From Candidatus Marinacidobacterales bacterium (GTDB lineage: Bacteria; Acidobacteriota; Vicinamibacteria; Marinacidobacterales; DATDRI01): DNA of 64,000 nucleotides. The stretch is taken from NCBI GenBank assembly GCA_965219415.1, contig OZ244742.1:640001-704000 (forward strand). Reading direction: 5' to 3'. The notes beneath the pieces were generated by a model. It did no database searches, was not told the origin of the DNA, and was given only the letters and a program-made list of their open reading frames with translations. Each line of letters starts with the position of its first letter. The stretch's first letter is position 1. Made by a program: the position numbers and the translations under genes. Below are positions 51,672 through 63,480 of this stretch, piece by piece.

Positions 51672-54600
51672 TCACTGAGTCGTCGCCGGCGGCACCGGAG
51701 AACGACCAGGGGTCCATCGAACTCCCGCCTCATCCAGCTTCCGATTGAACGCCGGTATAGATGCCTTTACCAAACCATCGAGCGTCGCGACCTCCTCCTT
51801 CAGCCGCTGTCCTGTTTCCTCGGTGATGCGAAGCTGGTCGTCGGTGAGCCGCGCGGTGGACATTTCGGCGGAACGGTAGGTCTCTCGGATACGACGGGCG
51901 ATAGGAGGAGCCTTGGGTTGCTCGGCGACATCCCGCCCACCCCGGCCACGCAAGTTTTCCAAGACGCCGTCGACGGTAGACTGAAGTCCGCGAAGCTCCT
52001 CACGCAGTGCCGCCAAAGCGTCGGGGTTGGACGCAAGGGCCTTCTCCGCTTCTTTCAACTGCTCCCGCGCTCGTTCGGCGGTGGCCACCGAACCCCGCGC
52101 CGCCGCATCCATCTCGGCTAGGCGAAGCAACGTGTCGTGCCACTGCCGACGGTCCTCGGTCGAAATCGCGATCGCCGGATCGCCTCGCACGGTCAGGGGC
52201 TGTACCGTCTCCTTGTCGCCCACTCTCAAGCGAGCGCGGTAATCACCTGGAATGACGAAAGCCCCGCGCGGCGGAGGGTGCCAGCTGTTCCGTGCCTCCT
52301 CAACGCTTATGTCATACGGCAGCGGGTGTCGCAGATCCCAAACCAGACGCTGGATACCGGCTCCGGTTCGACCTTGCGGAGCGTCCAACCGGCGAACGAA
52401 GCCACCACCCGCATCGAGGATGTCGACCTCCACACGTACCGTGACGGCTGGATCTCCATCCAGTAACGCGGGGTTGACGTAGTACGTAACGATCGCGCCG
52501 TTCGGTGGATTGGGAGCCGTAAAGTGATCCGACCCGATCGAGCGTTGATTGCGCGCGTAGCTGTGGAGCTCGGTCGCCGGCCGAATCGCTGCAATATGGA
52601 GCTCTTTATCGAAGGCCGGTCCCAGTTCCTCGAGGATTCCAATGTCGTCCATGATCCAAAACCCTCGACCATGGGTCGCGATGACGATATCGTTCTCTCT
52701 AGGGTGGATTAGAAGATCGTAGACGTTCACCGTAGGCAAGTTGTTCTTCAGTTGAACCCATCGACCGCCGCCATCTACCGAGACGAAGACGCCGAACTCG
52801 GTCCCCACGAAGAGGAGACCCGGATTGCGCGGATGCTCGGCGATCGTCCGGGCGTGCCCGAATTCCGGTAAGTTGCCGGTAATGGACTTCCACGTGTGGC
52901 CCAAGTCGGTGCTCTTGACGACGTAGGGCTTGAGGTCGTCGTCGCGATGCGCGTCGATCGTGGCATAGAGAGTTTGCTCATCGTGTTCGGACAACAAAAC
53001 GCGCGTCACCCATGCTTGGTTCGGAACGCCGGGAATGGTCTCGATGCGAAACCAGTTCTCTCCATCATCGCTCGTCACCTGAATCAAGCCGTCGTCGGTG
53101 CCCACCGCGAGCAAGCCCGCCCGAAGCGGCGACTCGGCGATGGTGGAAATGCTTCCGTAATCGGCGGTCCCCGCATGGTAGGCGACTGCATCCTTCGGCC
53201 AAACCCTGCCCATCAGCGGCAGCTCGAGTGGATTCAGTGCGCGAGTCAGATCGGGACCAATAATGTCCCAGCTATCTCCGCGATTCCGGCTTCGAAAGAG
53301 ATAATTCGCGCCGAAGTAAAGCGTACTCCGATCGTGGTGCGAGAGAACGAGCGGCGCCGACCAGTTCCAACGATAGTTCCCTCCCTCTTTGGCTTGCGGC
53401 TGAATGAAGTGCCGCTCTCCGGTTCTTGTATCGAACCGATTGAGAAAACCGTATTGCCACTCGCTGTAGACAATCGTCGGGTCTTCGGGATCGATCTGGA
53501 CGTAGAAGCCATCGCCGCCCGTCGTCAGCGTCCAATCCGCATTGGTGATGCCGTCCGAGTAGCGCGTCCCGCTCGGTCCACCGAAGGTGCCGTTGTCCTG
53601 GAGCCCCCCGTAGACGTAGTAAAAAGGCTCCTGCATATCCACCGCAACGTCGTAGAACTGGGACACGGGAAGATTCCCGATGAAACTCCAACTCTGTCCA
53701 CGGTCGTAGGAGAGGTACACGCCACCATCGCTCCCCGAAATAAGATGATCGGAGTTCGATGGGTTGATCCACATGGTGCGCCAGTCGCCGTGCCCTCCCG
53801 GACCGATCACGTCGGTCCGAAACGTCTCTCCCCCGTCATCCGAGCGAGAAAGCCTCACATGCATCAAGTACAAGCTCTCGGGATTGTTGGGATCGCAATT
53901 CAGCTTCCCGTAGTCGAGTCGAGTGTTCCACTTTCCCGTGCGCCGCTCCCAGCTAGCGCCGCGATCGTCGGAGCGGAAGATCCCTCCCGCCTGGCCCTGC
54001 GCTTCGGCGGCTGCGTAGATCGTGTTGGGTTGGCTTCGACAGATCGAGATCCCGATGCGGCCCATATCCACTTCCGGAAGACCGTTGGTGAGCTCGTCCC
54101 AGGTCTCGCCGCCGTCGGTCGACTTGAAGAGACCGTTCTCCGGACCGCCTCCCACGAAGTTCCAGGCGCGTCGCTCCCGAAGGTACGTCGCCGCGTAGAC
54201 CGTATCGGGGCGCGTGGGATCCAACGCAACCTCCACCACGCCGGTGTGCGGGTTCTTGTAAAGAATCTTGGACCACGACTTTCCGCCGTCGGTGGTCTTG
54301 AACAGCCCTCGTTCCTCGTTGGGACCCCAAAGTGAACCCAGGGCGGCGACGTAGACCGTGTTCTCGTCTTCTGGATGCACGACGATACGACCGATGTACT
54401 GGGTCTCTCGCAGCCCCATGTGATGCCAGGTCTTGCCACCGTCTTCGGACTTGTAGACACCATCACCGTAGGAGGAGACGCGGGCGCTCCACGCTTCGCC
54501 CGTGCCCACCCACACGACGTCCGGATTGGATGGAGCGAGAGCAATGGCGCCCAGGGAAATGCTCCCTTCGCTATCCCAGACCGGCGTCCACGTCGTGCCG

Positions 54601-54848
54601 TTGGTGGTCGTCTTCCAGGCGCCTCCGGTGGCGGTTGCCGCGTAGAAGGTACTCGGTCTCGTCTCGAGCACCGCTAGATCCGTCACACGGCCGCTCGGCC
54701 GGGCGGGGCCAATGTTCCTCCAGTGAAGGTTGGAAAGATCGGCACTCTCCACCTGCCGCGTGTCGCTTTGTGCAGACGCAGGGTGCGTGCCGGCGCCGGT
54801 AACCAAGAAGACAGCCAAAAAGACAAATAGCAAAATAATCCTCATCAT
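51672..54848 (-). CDS. VPS10/sortilin-like BNR-repeat glycosyl hydrolase
   Basis: Signal peptide MMRIILLFV; WRNIGP..SGR, repeated S/TxDGGxTW, YGGLQDNG, GGDGF and ATHGRG. Confidence 0.88.
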   Translation of the reverse strand: MMRIILLFVFLAVFLVTGAGTHPASAQSDTRQVESADLSNLHWRNIGPARPSGRVTDLAVLETRPSTFYAATATGGAWKTTTNGTTWTPVWDSEGSISLGAIALAPSNPDVVWVGTGEAWSARVSSYGDGVYKSEDGGKTWHHMGLRETQYIGRIVVHPEDENTVYVAALGSLWGPNEERGLFKTTDGGKSWSKILYKNPHTGVVEVALDPTRPDTVYAATYLRERRAWNFVGGGPENGLFKSTDGGETWDELTNGLPEVDMGRIGISICRSQPNTIYAAAEAQGQAGGIFRSDDRGASWERRTGKWNTRLDYGKLNCDPNNPESLYLMHVRLSRSDDGGETFRTDVIGPGGHGDWRTMWINPSNSDHLISGSDGGVYLSYDRGQSWSFIGNLPVSQFYDVAVDMQEPFYYVYGGLQDNGTFGGPSGTRYSDGITNADWTLTTGGDGFYVQIDPEDPTIVYSEWQYGFLNRFDTRTGERHFIQPQAKEGGNYRWNWSAPLVLSHHDRSTLYFGANYLFRSRNRGDSWDIIGPDLTRALNPLELPLMGRVWPKDAVAYHAGTADYGSISTIAESPLRAGLLAVGTDDGLIQVTSDDGENWFRIETIPGVPNQAWVTRVLLSEHDEQTLYATIDAHRDDDLKPYVVKSTDLGHTWKSITGNLPEFGHARTIAEHPRNPGLLFVGTEFGVFVSVDGGGRWVQLKNNLPTVNVYDLLIHPRENDIVIATHGRGFWIMDDIGILEELGPAFDKELHIAAIRPATELHSYARNQRSIGSDHFTAPNPPNGAIVTYYVNPALLDGDPAVTVRVEVDILDAGGGFVRRLDAPQGRTGAGIQRLVWDLRHPLPYDISVEEARNSWHPPPRGAFVIPGDYRARLRVGDKETVQPLTVRGDPAIAISTEDRRQWHDTLLRLAEMDAAARGSVATAERAREQLKEAEKALASNPDALAALREELRGLQSTVDGVLENLRGRGGRDVAEQPKAPPIARRIRETYRSAEMSTARLTDDQLRITEETGQRLKEEVATLDGLVKASIPAFNRKLDEAGVRWTPGRSPVPPATTQ

Positions 54849-54895
54849 CCTGCAAACCTCCTGACATTTGGTAACTCTTTGGTGCGGGCTCGAGC

Positions 54896-55357
54896 TCAGT
54901 TTGCCGCCGCAATTCTCTGGCGAAGTAAAATCCAGCATCCCAGCCCCATCATAGGCAACCCCAGTCCGCCAACAACGAGCGCGGCGAGCCACCAGGGTTG
55001 GGCCAATTGCCGGGGGAGGGCAGCACGCAAGGGGTCTTGCGGATCGTAGACGAGCTCGATGACATCGCCCACCTCTAGCGTCTCGAAGTGATGCGGATCC
55101 TTCGCCTCGGTCACGTGCTCGTACTCGTCTCCATAGGGCCCAGTGAATACGACGCGCAGTTTGTAATGCAGATGACCGCGTCCTCCGGTGTTGTCTCGGC
55201 TCGTATACTTCTCGACCAAGCTCGCCTGCGTAAGGACACCTCGCACTTGAAGCTCGTTCGTACCGAGGCCCCCCAGGATACCGATGGCGACGAATGGCAT
55301 CCCGGCGAACAAGAGTATCTTCCCGCGGGTAGACGGCTTTACGCCTTTGCTCCACAT
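54896..55357 (-). CDS. DUF3592-like membrane protein
   Basis: TM, beta region ending VGDVIELVYDPQDP, then TM. Confidence 0.7.
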   Translation of the reverse strand: MWSKGVKPSTRGKILLFAGMPFVAIGILGGLGTNELQVRGVLTQASLVEKYTSRDNTGGRGHLHYKLRVVFTGPYGDEYEHVTEAKDPHHFETLEVGDVIELVYDPQDPLRAALPRQLAQPWWLAALVVGGLGLPMMGLGCWILLRQRIAAAN

Positions 55358-55372
55358 GGCGAGGGCACCTCT

Positions 55373-58338
55373 CTACTCCGCCAAATACGCTCTGGCTTCC
55401 TGAAGCTCGGGAAGACCGGGATCGGCATCTTTCCAGAAATCGAGAAAGTGCGATACTCACCGCGCGCCGCTTCTTTCTGCCCCATTTGATCGGGCAGTCG
55501 GGCAGACTCTAATACGTATCGTGGCTCGAAGAGCGCGGTGTACTTTGCTTCGAGGCCTGAGGCTTCGATAAATCTCGAGTGCGCCTTCGAAATCCCCGCG
55601 AGCTCTTTTCACCCGGGCCAAGCCATCCGTGCCAACCTGATTGAAAAATACGGTAAGACCAAATTGCGTCATTGTGAAGTGCGCCTTACGCTCCGGTTCC
55701 GCGGCTAGAAACGCCGCCTCCGCGCCGTCCAGGTCTCCCGCCGCAAGCGCGATGTCCCCCTCCAAGTTTCGATGAAACCAACGGTGCCGCAAATCCTCAT
55801 CAAATCGATGGCTCACCTCGGCCTGGGCCGCGAGCCGTTCCCTGGCGGCCTCGAGATCCCCGGCGCCCAGGTGCGCCCGTCCCGCTAGCCAAAGTGAGAA
55901 GAGTTGGAACTCTTGGCCCAAGTTGGGTGGGCTAACACGCTCGGCGAGCGGCAGTGAACGTAGAGCCCTCTCGAGGGTTTCGGCGTAGTCCCCTTGCTCT
56001 AGCGCCAGCAGCGCGCGGAATTGGCGCGCTTCCAGCTGATCCTGTTCCTGGCCGAAGCTGGTTGTCAGATCGATGGCCTGCAAAAGGTGACGATCGGCCT
56101 CCCGGTAGCGTCCGACGCGAGAGAGGAATACGCTTGATTCAATAAGAGAGAACGTTTCCTCCAGAGTTCCGGCCGTCATTTCTCTCGCTGCAACCAATTC
56201 CGCGAGGGCTAAGTCGTATCGCCCGGCCATCCCATGCGCCCACGCTGCGTGCCAGTGAGCGGGGAAGAAATCCGAATCCAGTTCGAGCGCACGGTCGATT
56301 CGCACCAGCGCCTCATCCGTTTGCCCTATAGAGAGGTAGAACGCGCCCAAGACGTTGTAAGGGCCGGGGCTCTCGGGCGTGAGCTGAATGCGAGCCTCCA
56401 TCTCACGAATCCCATCCTCGTAGCGGCCTGCGGCCATCAGCTGACCCGCATACTGGCCCCGCAGATAGCGCGAGCGCGGCAAAGCCGCGAGTCCTCGCTC
56501 CAGGACATCGATCGATTTGTCCAACCGGCCGAGCTCGTACTCGTAGATGCGATTGAGACGACTGTATACATACTCTTCGTCGGGGTACTGAGCCAAGAGT
56601 TTCTCGAACAGCCGTGCCGCTTCCTCCGGTTTCGGATCGGCGTCCCACAGCCAAAACGCCAGGGCTTGAACCATGAGGCGATGCCTTTCGGGAAGGCGGT
56701 GGGAATTATCGAGCACCTTACGGCGGTACTCGTCGCTCAGTGCAAATCGCCCTTGCGTCCGCGCCATCTGGGACATGTAGAAGTAGGCCATGGCGAACGA
56801 AGGATCTATCTCGATCGCCTTCTCGAAAAGCGGCCAGGCTTTGTGCCACTCCAGAACGCCAAACGCTTCCAACCCCTCGCTGTAGTACCGGTAGGCTTCG
56901 AGCGACGAAGTCGTTACCTCCGCAATGGGTCGAGCGACAGCGGCGTCCGTCACCTTGAGGCTCGCCCTGATGGCGTCGGCTAGCTGGTCTACTAAAGGAA
57001 ACACGTCGCTTCCCTGTGCGCTCTCCGCCGAGAGGATCCGCCCACTCCCGACGTCTTCGACTTTCACGTCGATGCGAATGTCGGAGCCGGACTTGAAGAT
57101 GCTACCCACCACCACCGCTCCCGAGCCCGCCCGGCGAGCGATTTCAGCTATCAGGCTCTGATCGATGACGTCGACGTTCTCTTGTCCCAGCTCCCCGAGG
57201 ATCTCATTGAGGCGCGCGCTGCTTACCACGTCGAGGCCCGGTGTTTGGGCCAAGTCGGTCAGCAACATGCTGGGGGCTCCCTTCGAGAGCCAGCGAATCT
57301 CCTCATCGCCACTGAGGTTCTCGAAGTACATCACCGCCACGGCGGGTCGACCGGATTCGCCAATGCCCGGCGGCGAGCGATCACGGCTGGTCAGATAGAT
57401 GCCGCCGACGACTGCAATGACTGAGGCCGCGACAAGAGCCGTCCTGCCCCACGCCCACGACGTCAGACCAGGTGTCACGGACACGGATCCGCTTTCGACA
57501 AGAGTTCGAACGCTTTGTAGTTCGACTCGCATCTCCTCGATGCTCTGGTATCGCTCGTCTGGAGCCTTGGCCAAAGCGTGATCCACAATCGGCTGCAGAG
57601 CGCCCGGCACTTCGCCTGTTGGAAGAGGCGGCGTCGGTTCCCGAGCGATGGCGTTCCATGTGTCGAGGAGGCTATTTCGAGTGAACGGGATTCGAGCCCG
57701 ACAGAAGCTCGTGGAGGACGATCCCGAAGCTGAAAATATCGGTCCGATGATCGACTTTCTGGGCGCGTGCTTGCTCGGGCGACATGTAGGAGACCGTTCC
57801 CAACACCTTGCCGGCCTCGGTGTGTTCCTGAACCGCGGTCGCCGCCTCACTCTCCTCACCTTTAACGGGCTCGACGAGCTTCGCGGGACCGAAGTCGATA
57901 ATCTTGGCGTGTCCGTCGTCGGCCAACATGATGTTGGCGGGCTTGAGATCCCGGGGCGATGCCCTTCTCGTGTGCGCGAGCCAGCCCGTCGGCCACCTCG
58001 GTCGCAAGCTGAAGCGCCTGCGTCAGCGGCAGTCTGCTCCGCTTGAGTCGATCGCTGAGCGGTTCCCCCTCCACCAGCTCCATCGCGATAAACGTGACAT
58101 CCTCGACCTCATCGATCTCGTGAATGACGGCAATGTGTGGATGGTGGAGCGCCGCCGCGGACTGCGCCTCTCGGACGAAGCGGCGCTTGCGATCGGGGTC
58201 GGCGACGAGCTCCGGGGGCAATACCTTGAGGGCCACCTCCCGGTTAAGCTTGATATCGACGGCACGGTAGACGATCCCCATCCCGCCGCGACTAATTTCT
58301 TCCGTGATTTTGTAGTGAGAGAGGGTCCGGCCGATCAT
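55373..58338 (-). pseudogene. Ser/Thr protein kinase with TolB-like and TPR domains, multiple frameshifts
   Basis: GGMGIVY, VALK, RDLKPAN, DFG, YMSPEQ, DIFSFG, AVMYFEN, TSSLEAY and terminal FWKDADP in different frames. Confidence 0.85.
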
Positions 58339-58359
58339 GTGGCTCCGATGGTGAGGATT

Positions 58360-59221
58360 CTACTTTGAAGATCGGCGCATCTTCAACTTGGCCGGCGGCA
58401 AATCACGTAGTCGCCGGGAGGCTCGGTGAATGGAATCGCCAACATTTCTGGGCAGTTTCTGCCTGCCCAATCCCTGCACATGCGACAGACCAATCGTCAT
58501 GCCCTCATGGCCTTCGACGGGTTGAGCGGTATAGGTGCCCAAGAGTCGGTCCCACCAGGGGAGGTTGAAGCCAAAATTGCTACTCGTTTCTTCACGGATG
58601 ACCGAGTGATGGACTCGATGCATGTCCGGGGTGACCACCAGCACCCTGAGTATCCGGTCGAGGCCGATCGGCATGCGGACATTGCTGTGGTTGAACATCG
58701 CGGTCGCGTTGAGCACGATCTCGAAAATTAGCACCCCCAGAACCGGCGGCCCCAAGGCGGCGACAGCTGCGAATTTGATCAGCATCGAGAGGAAGACCTC
58801 GATGGGGTGGAAACGCGAGCCGGTCGTCACATCGAAATCTACGTCGGCGTGGTGCGTCATGTGGAGCTTCCACAGAGCGGGGATGGCGTGGAAGAGAACG
58901 TGCTGTGCATAGATGACGAAGTCGAGAAAAACGACCGACAGGACAACGGAAAGGATAAACGGCGCTTCCAGGTTGTTGAAGAGGCCCCATCCGCGCTGGC
59001 TCGCCAACCAAGCCAGGCCCGCCGCCCCGATCGGCAGAACGAGCCGTAGTAGAACTGCGTTGAGGAGAACGATGCCGATGTTGCTGAACCATCGCACTGG
59101 CTTGGAGTCCGTCAGGGGGCGCCGGGGTGCCGCGATTTCCCACAGCGCCATAGAGAAGAGCGTTGTAAATAAAAACGCCAGCGCGGATGGCCAGCTCGTT
59201 GTGCAGGATCCATTCGCTCAT
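58360..59221 (-). pseudogene. Sterol desaturase/fatty acid hydroxylase family, frameshifted near both ends
   Basis: HVLFH, HMTHH, RFHP, FNHSN and HRVHHS histidine boxes. Confidence 0.8.
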
Positions 59222-59251
59222 GATTCCCTCCAATGGGAGCCTGGCCGCGTC

Positions 59252-61134
59252 CTAGGATACCCCAGCCGCATCCGTTTCCGGGCCCGCCTGCTCGGGCACC
59301 ACGCCGAACCACAGCGAAAACTCCAGCATGAGCCTCTCGACCACATTCATTTCACCAAGCCGTTCGAGCACCTCTCGTGCCAGAGCCGGCTCGTCGGTGA
59401 TGATGCCATCCACCCCACGGCCCACCATCGTAGCCATCTGGATGGGATCGTTGACCGTCCACACGAAGACGTCTTTCTCCCGAGCATGCGCCGATTTGAC
59501 GAAGCCGACGGTCGCCAGCGAGGCGTGAACCGCGAGAAAGTCCGCTTCCAGTCGTGTAAGGTCTCCCACCGCTTTAGCGGTCAACAGCCCGATGGTCCAG
59601 TCCGGCCTCAGTTTGCGCACCTTCTGGATCGCATCGTACTTCAAGGACATCACGACAATTTGCGATTCCATTCCCGTCCGCACAACGATCTCCACCACCC
59701 GTTCCTCGAGACGCTCGTCGTGCCCGTAGTACTTGAGCTCGATATCAACGTGAGCTCTCCCCTTGCAAAGCTCCAACACCTGCTGGAGGCTAGGGACTCG
59801 CTCATCGCCGAACTCCGGCGCGAACCAGCTCCCCACATCGATGTCTTGAAATTGTTGATAAGTGGCGTCCCAGATAGCCAGATTCACGCCACCGATCTTC
59901 ATGAGATCGCTGTCGTGGATGACGAACGACTTCCCCGTCGGCGGTCTCCTGGACGTCTATCTCGATCAGATCCACGCCATCGATGATCGCTCGCTCCACC
60001 GAGGCCAACGTGTTCTCAGGCGCCGCGCCGGCCGCTCCGCGGTGCGCGATCACCAGCACGTCGGTGTCCCATCGTACGCTATCTACCAAGTAGCCACCTA
60101 CGAGCCCGGCGACGATCGCCGCGACGGCCAAGCCCGCGAGGAGAACCTTCTTCGAGACTCGCCATTCGCGTCGGCTTCCCAGGGGGTCGGCCCCTTCCCA
60201 GTCGATGCTCTTCCCCCTTTCCTCTCCGAGACCCTCGTACAGGCGAACCACCAAGAGGGCGAAAGCGCACGCCGCCGCCAAGCTAGTGACGAGATTCGCC
60301 CCGTAAATCAGCGCAAGAACCCCTCCCATGGCGAGAATCAGAAGCGGCATCGAGCCCGACACGGTCGGCACGACAAGACGTCCCACCCAACCTACGACTC
60401 CCAGCACGAGAGCAGAGAGGAGAATCGATCCCAACCCCCATCCCACCAGCATCCATGTGATCGTCCACCGATGGCCGGTGACCCGTTCGCGGCTGGTCGA
60501 CAGAGCCTGCCGTGCGGTGACCTTCTCGACGAGAAGAAGCGGCAGAGCAAAAGCCCAACCGATGAGGCGGGGCACGAGTACCGCCGCCAATATCAGCACG
60601 ATCACGCCGATCAAAATGGCCGCGGCCCAAAAGGCCGGAGGCCTCTTGGTTAGGTAGTAGTTGATATCGAAATCCGTGAGCAGCGTTAGATAGACGAGCC
60701 CCACCGCGAGGAGGAACGGCGCAGAGATAAGCAGAGTCTTGGCGACGATGCGAGCGGTGAGGTCCAGAACCCCTGGAGCGTGTCGTGCACCATAGCGAAG
60801 TGCGTCGGAATACCGAATCCGTTTATTGTGAACGGCGCCGAAACCGATCGTCATCAGGCACGCCTGTTCCAAGGCGATGATCGCAAGGCTCACCGCTCCG
60901 ACGACGATTAGTGTCACCACACCGATGGGGCTCAAGACGAAGAAAAGGATGTCGGTATCGGCCAGCACGGAGCTCCCCGACGTGCTGACTAGGAGACGAA
61001 GCGCGAGCCCGACCAGCGGGGTTAGGACGACGAAAGCCAGGACCTTGTACAGGACGTCGGTGGCGATGAGTGCGGGCCAGGTGCGCCGGAAATCGCTCTA
61101 CGCTCCGGCAACGAGCGGTCTTATCCTCTTTCAC
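59252..61134 (-). pseudogene. Membrane-anchored glycerophosphodiester phosphodiesterase, frameshifted
   Basis: Multi-TM domain; AHRG..PENT, EIDVQET, IELK and GIITDEP. Confidence 0.82.
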
Positions 61135-62673
61135 TCCGGGGCCGGTCCAGGAAAGCGCTCTTTCAACGAGTGCTTTTTAATCTTCCCGGTCGGGGTCCGG
61201 GGGATCTCGTCGGTGAGCTCGAGGATTCGGGGTATCTTGTAGCCGGCCAGTTTCTCACGGCAGTATTCCACGATTTCTACGGCGGTGATTTCCATTCCTT
61301 TCTCGGCGACGACGATGGCCGCCGCCGACTCACCCCACTTGGTGGAGGGCTGTCCGATGACCGCGACGTCCTTGATCTTGGGATGAGCGAGCAGGAGGTT
61401 CTCGATCTCCACCGGATAGATGTTCTCGCCTCCCGAGACGATCATGTCTTTCTTGCGATCCCGGACGTAGAGACAGCCGTCATCGTCGAGCGTCCCGATG
61501 TCACTCGTGTAGAGCCACCCGTCTCGCAGGACCTCCGACGTGGCCTGCGGCCGATTCCAGTAGCCGGTCATCACGTGGCCGGCACGGACGATGATTTCCC
61601 CCGGCTCGTTGACGGGGACAGCCCTCCCCTCCCCGTCGACAACCCGTACGTCGGTGTGGAAGCATGCCTTGCCTGCGGAATCGGGTTTTGCCCGCCGCCT
61701 CCTCGGCGCTGATCACCGTTCCCGGGGCACAGGACTCGGTAAGCCCATAGTCTTGGAGCATGTCGATGCCGAGCTCGGCATAACGCTCGATGAGCCAACG
61801 AGGCACCGGCCCCGCACCCACGATGCTCCAGCGTAGCGTCGACAGATCGTGTTTATGGATCCCCGGGTGCTGCAACATGAGATGGAACATGGTCGGCACC
61901 GCCAGCGTGGTGGTGATCTTTTCTTGCTCGACGAGCTCGAAGACCCGGCCCGGCTCGAAGGCCCGCATCATGACCACCGTACCACCGCGGTGTGTGAGCA
62001 TCGCTAGGGGCAGAAGCACTCCGACATGAAAGGGTGGCAAGAAAAGCAGGAAACGATCGAGCGCTCGAACATCAAGAGTCATGATCCAAGTGAGAGACGC
62101 CCACATCACCGAGTTGTGAGTATGCATGGCGCCTTTTGGAAGGCCGGTGGTTCCTGAGGTGTAGACGATGAGAAAAAGGTCCTCGCCTCTCGCGGCAATT
62201 CGCGGTTCTTCACTGGAGGCTTGCTCCACCAGAGCATCGTAGCGCTCAGCGAACTCCACGCTCGGTGTGTCGCCGTCCACCTCTATCCAACGCTCGATAC
62301 TGGTGTGTCTGGCGTGAAGGGACTCAACGGCCGGAGCGAACTCGGCGTCGAAGATGAGTACCGATGCTTCGGAATCTTTCAAGATGAACTCGAGCTCATC
62401 GGGAACCAAACGTGAATTGAGGGGAACCATCACGCCGCCGATCTTCCCCACCGCGAAGAATCCCTCGACGAGCTCGGCGCTATTGCGCAGCAGAAACGCG
62501 ACGCGGTCGCCCTTACGAACACCCTTGTCCAACAAAGCATTGGCGATGCGGTTCGCTCTCTCGTTCAGAGCACGATAAGTGAAACGACGCCCGGCCTCGG
62601 CTTCGACCAACGCCTCGAGGTCCGGGTTCAGATGGGCTCGTTTCGCCAGGAAGAGGCCGATGTTGTTACGCAT
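61131..62673 (-). pseudogene. Long-chain acyl-CoA ligase, frameshift near 61670
   Basis: YTSGTTGLPKG, YGLTE, DRKKDMIVSGGENIYP and PTGKI. Confidence 0.85.
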
Positions 62674-62694
62674 AAGGGCGGGATGGCCGCGACG

Positions 62695-63480
62695 TCAGCG
62701 GCCTTTGAATCGGGGGGGCCGTTTCTCCGCGAACGCCCGGGGGCCTTCGCGGAAGTCCTCGGATTGCATCATCTGTTGGTAGGCATCGAGGTCGCCACTC
62801 TTGATGAGCTCGAACGCCTCGCGGACGCTGACATGCTCGGTAGCACGCAAGACTTCTTTTAACGCCGCGATGGAAAGAGGCGCGCGAGCCGCCAGGTGGT
62901 CGGCTAGCTCCCGCGCCCGGTCCATGAGCTTGGGACCCGGCAGCACCTCGCTTACCAGGCCGTAGTGCGCCGCCTCCTTGGCACTCATACGCCGGCCGGT
63001 CAACAAAAGGTCCATCGCGACAGAGTATGGAAGTCGGTGAGGAAGACGCTGCACGCCGCCCGCATCCGCCATGTTCCCTAGCCCCGTCTCGGGAAGGAAA
63101 AATTCGGCGTGTTCTGCGGCTAGAATCAGATCGCACGCGAGCGCCAGCTCGAAGCCGGCGCCGACTGTCATACCGTTGACGGCGGCGATGACTGGCTTGT
63201 TGAGGTCCCAAAGCTCGGTCAGGCCGGCGAAACCACCCGGCCCGTAGTCCTGGCCGTCTTCATCGCCACGCGCCGCCGACTTCAAGTCCCAACCGGCAGA
63301 GAAAAACTTCTCACCGGCGCCGGTAACAATCGCGACGCGTAGCTTCTCGTTATCTCGAAACGCGACGAAGGCGTCGCTCATCACCCGGCTCGTCGCCGAG
63401 TCGATGGCGTTCGCCTTGGGACGATCCAGCGTGATCTCGAGCACCGCCCCGTGCTCGACAACCTTGATGGGACCGGGCAT
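62695..63480 (-). CDS. Enoyl-CoA hydratase (CaiD-like crotonase)
   Basis: DRPKANAID, FSAGWDLK, KPVIAAVNG, GFELALACD and EGPRAFAEKR. Confidence 0.9.
   Translation of the reverse strand: MPGPIKVVEHGAVLEITLDRPKANAIDSATSRVMSDAFVAFRDNEKLRVAIVTGAGEKFFSAGWDLKSAARGDEDGQDYGPGGFAGLTELWDLNKPVIAAVNGMTVGAGFELALACDLILAAEHAEFFLPETGLGNMADAGGVQRLPHRLPYSVAMDLLLTGRRMSAKEAAHYGLVSEVLPGPKLMDRARELADHLAARAPLSIAALKEVLRATEHVSVREAFELIKSGDLDAYQQMMQSEDFREGPRAFAEKRPPRFKGR

Noticed and set aside
54849-55460. N-terminal ~200 aa of the 1262-aa ORF
   Set aside because: It overlaps the DUF3592-like gene and the kinase end; the signal peptide begins at ATG 54848.
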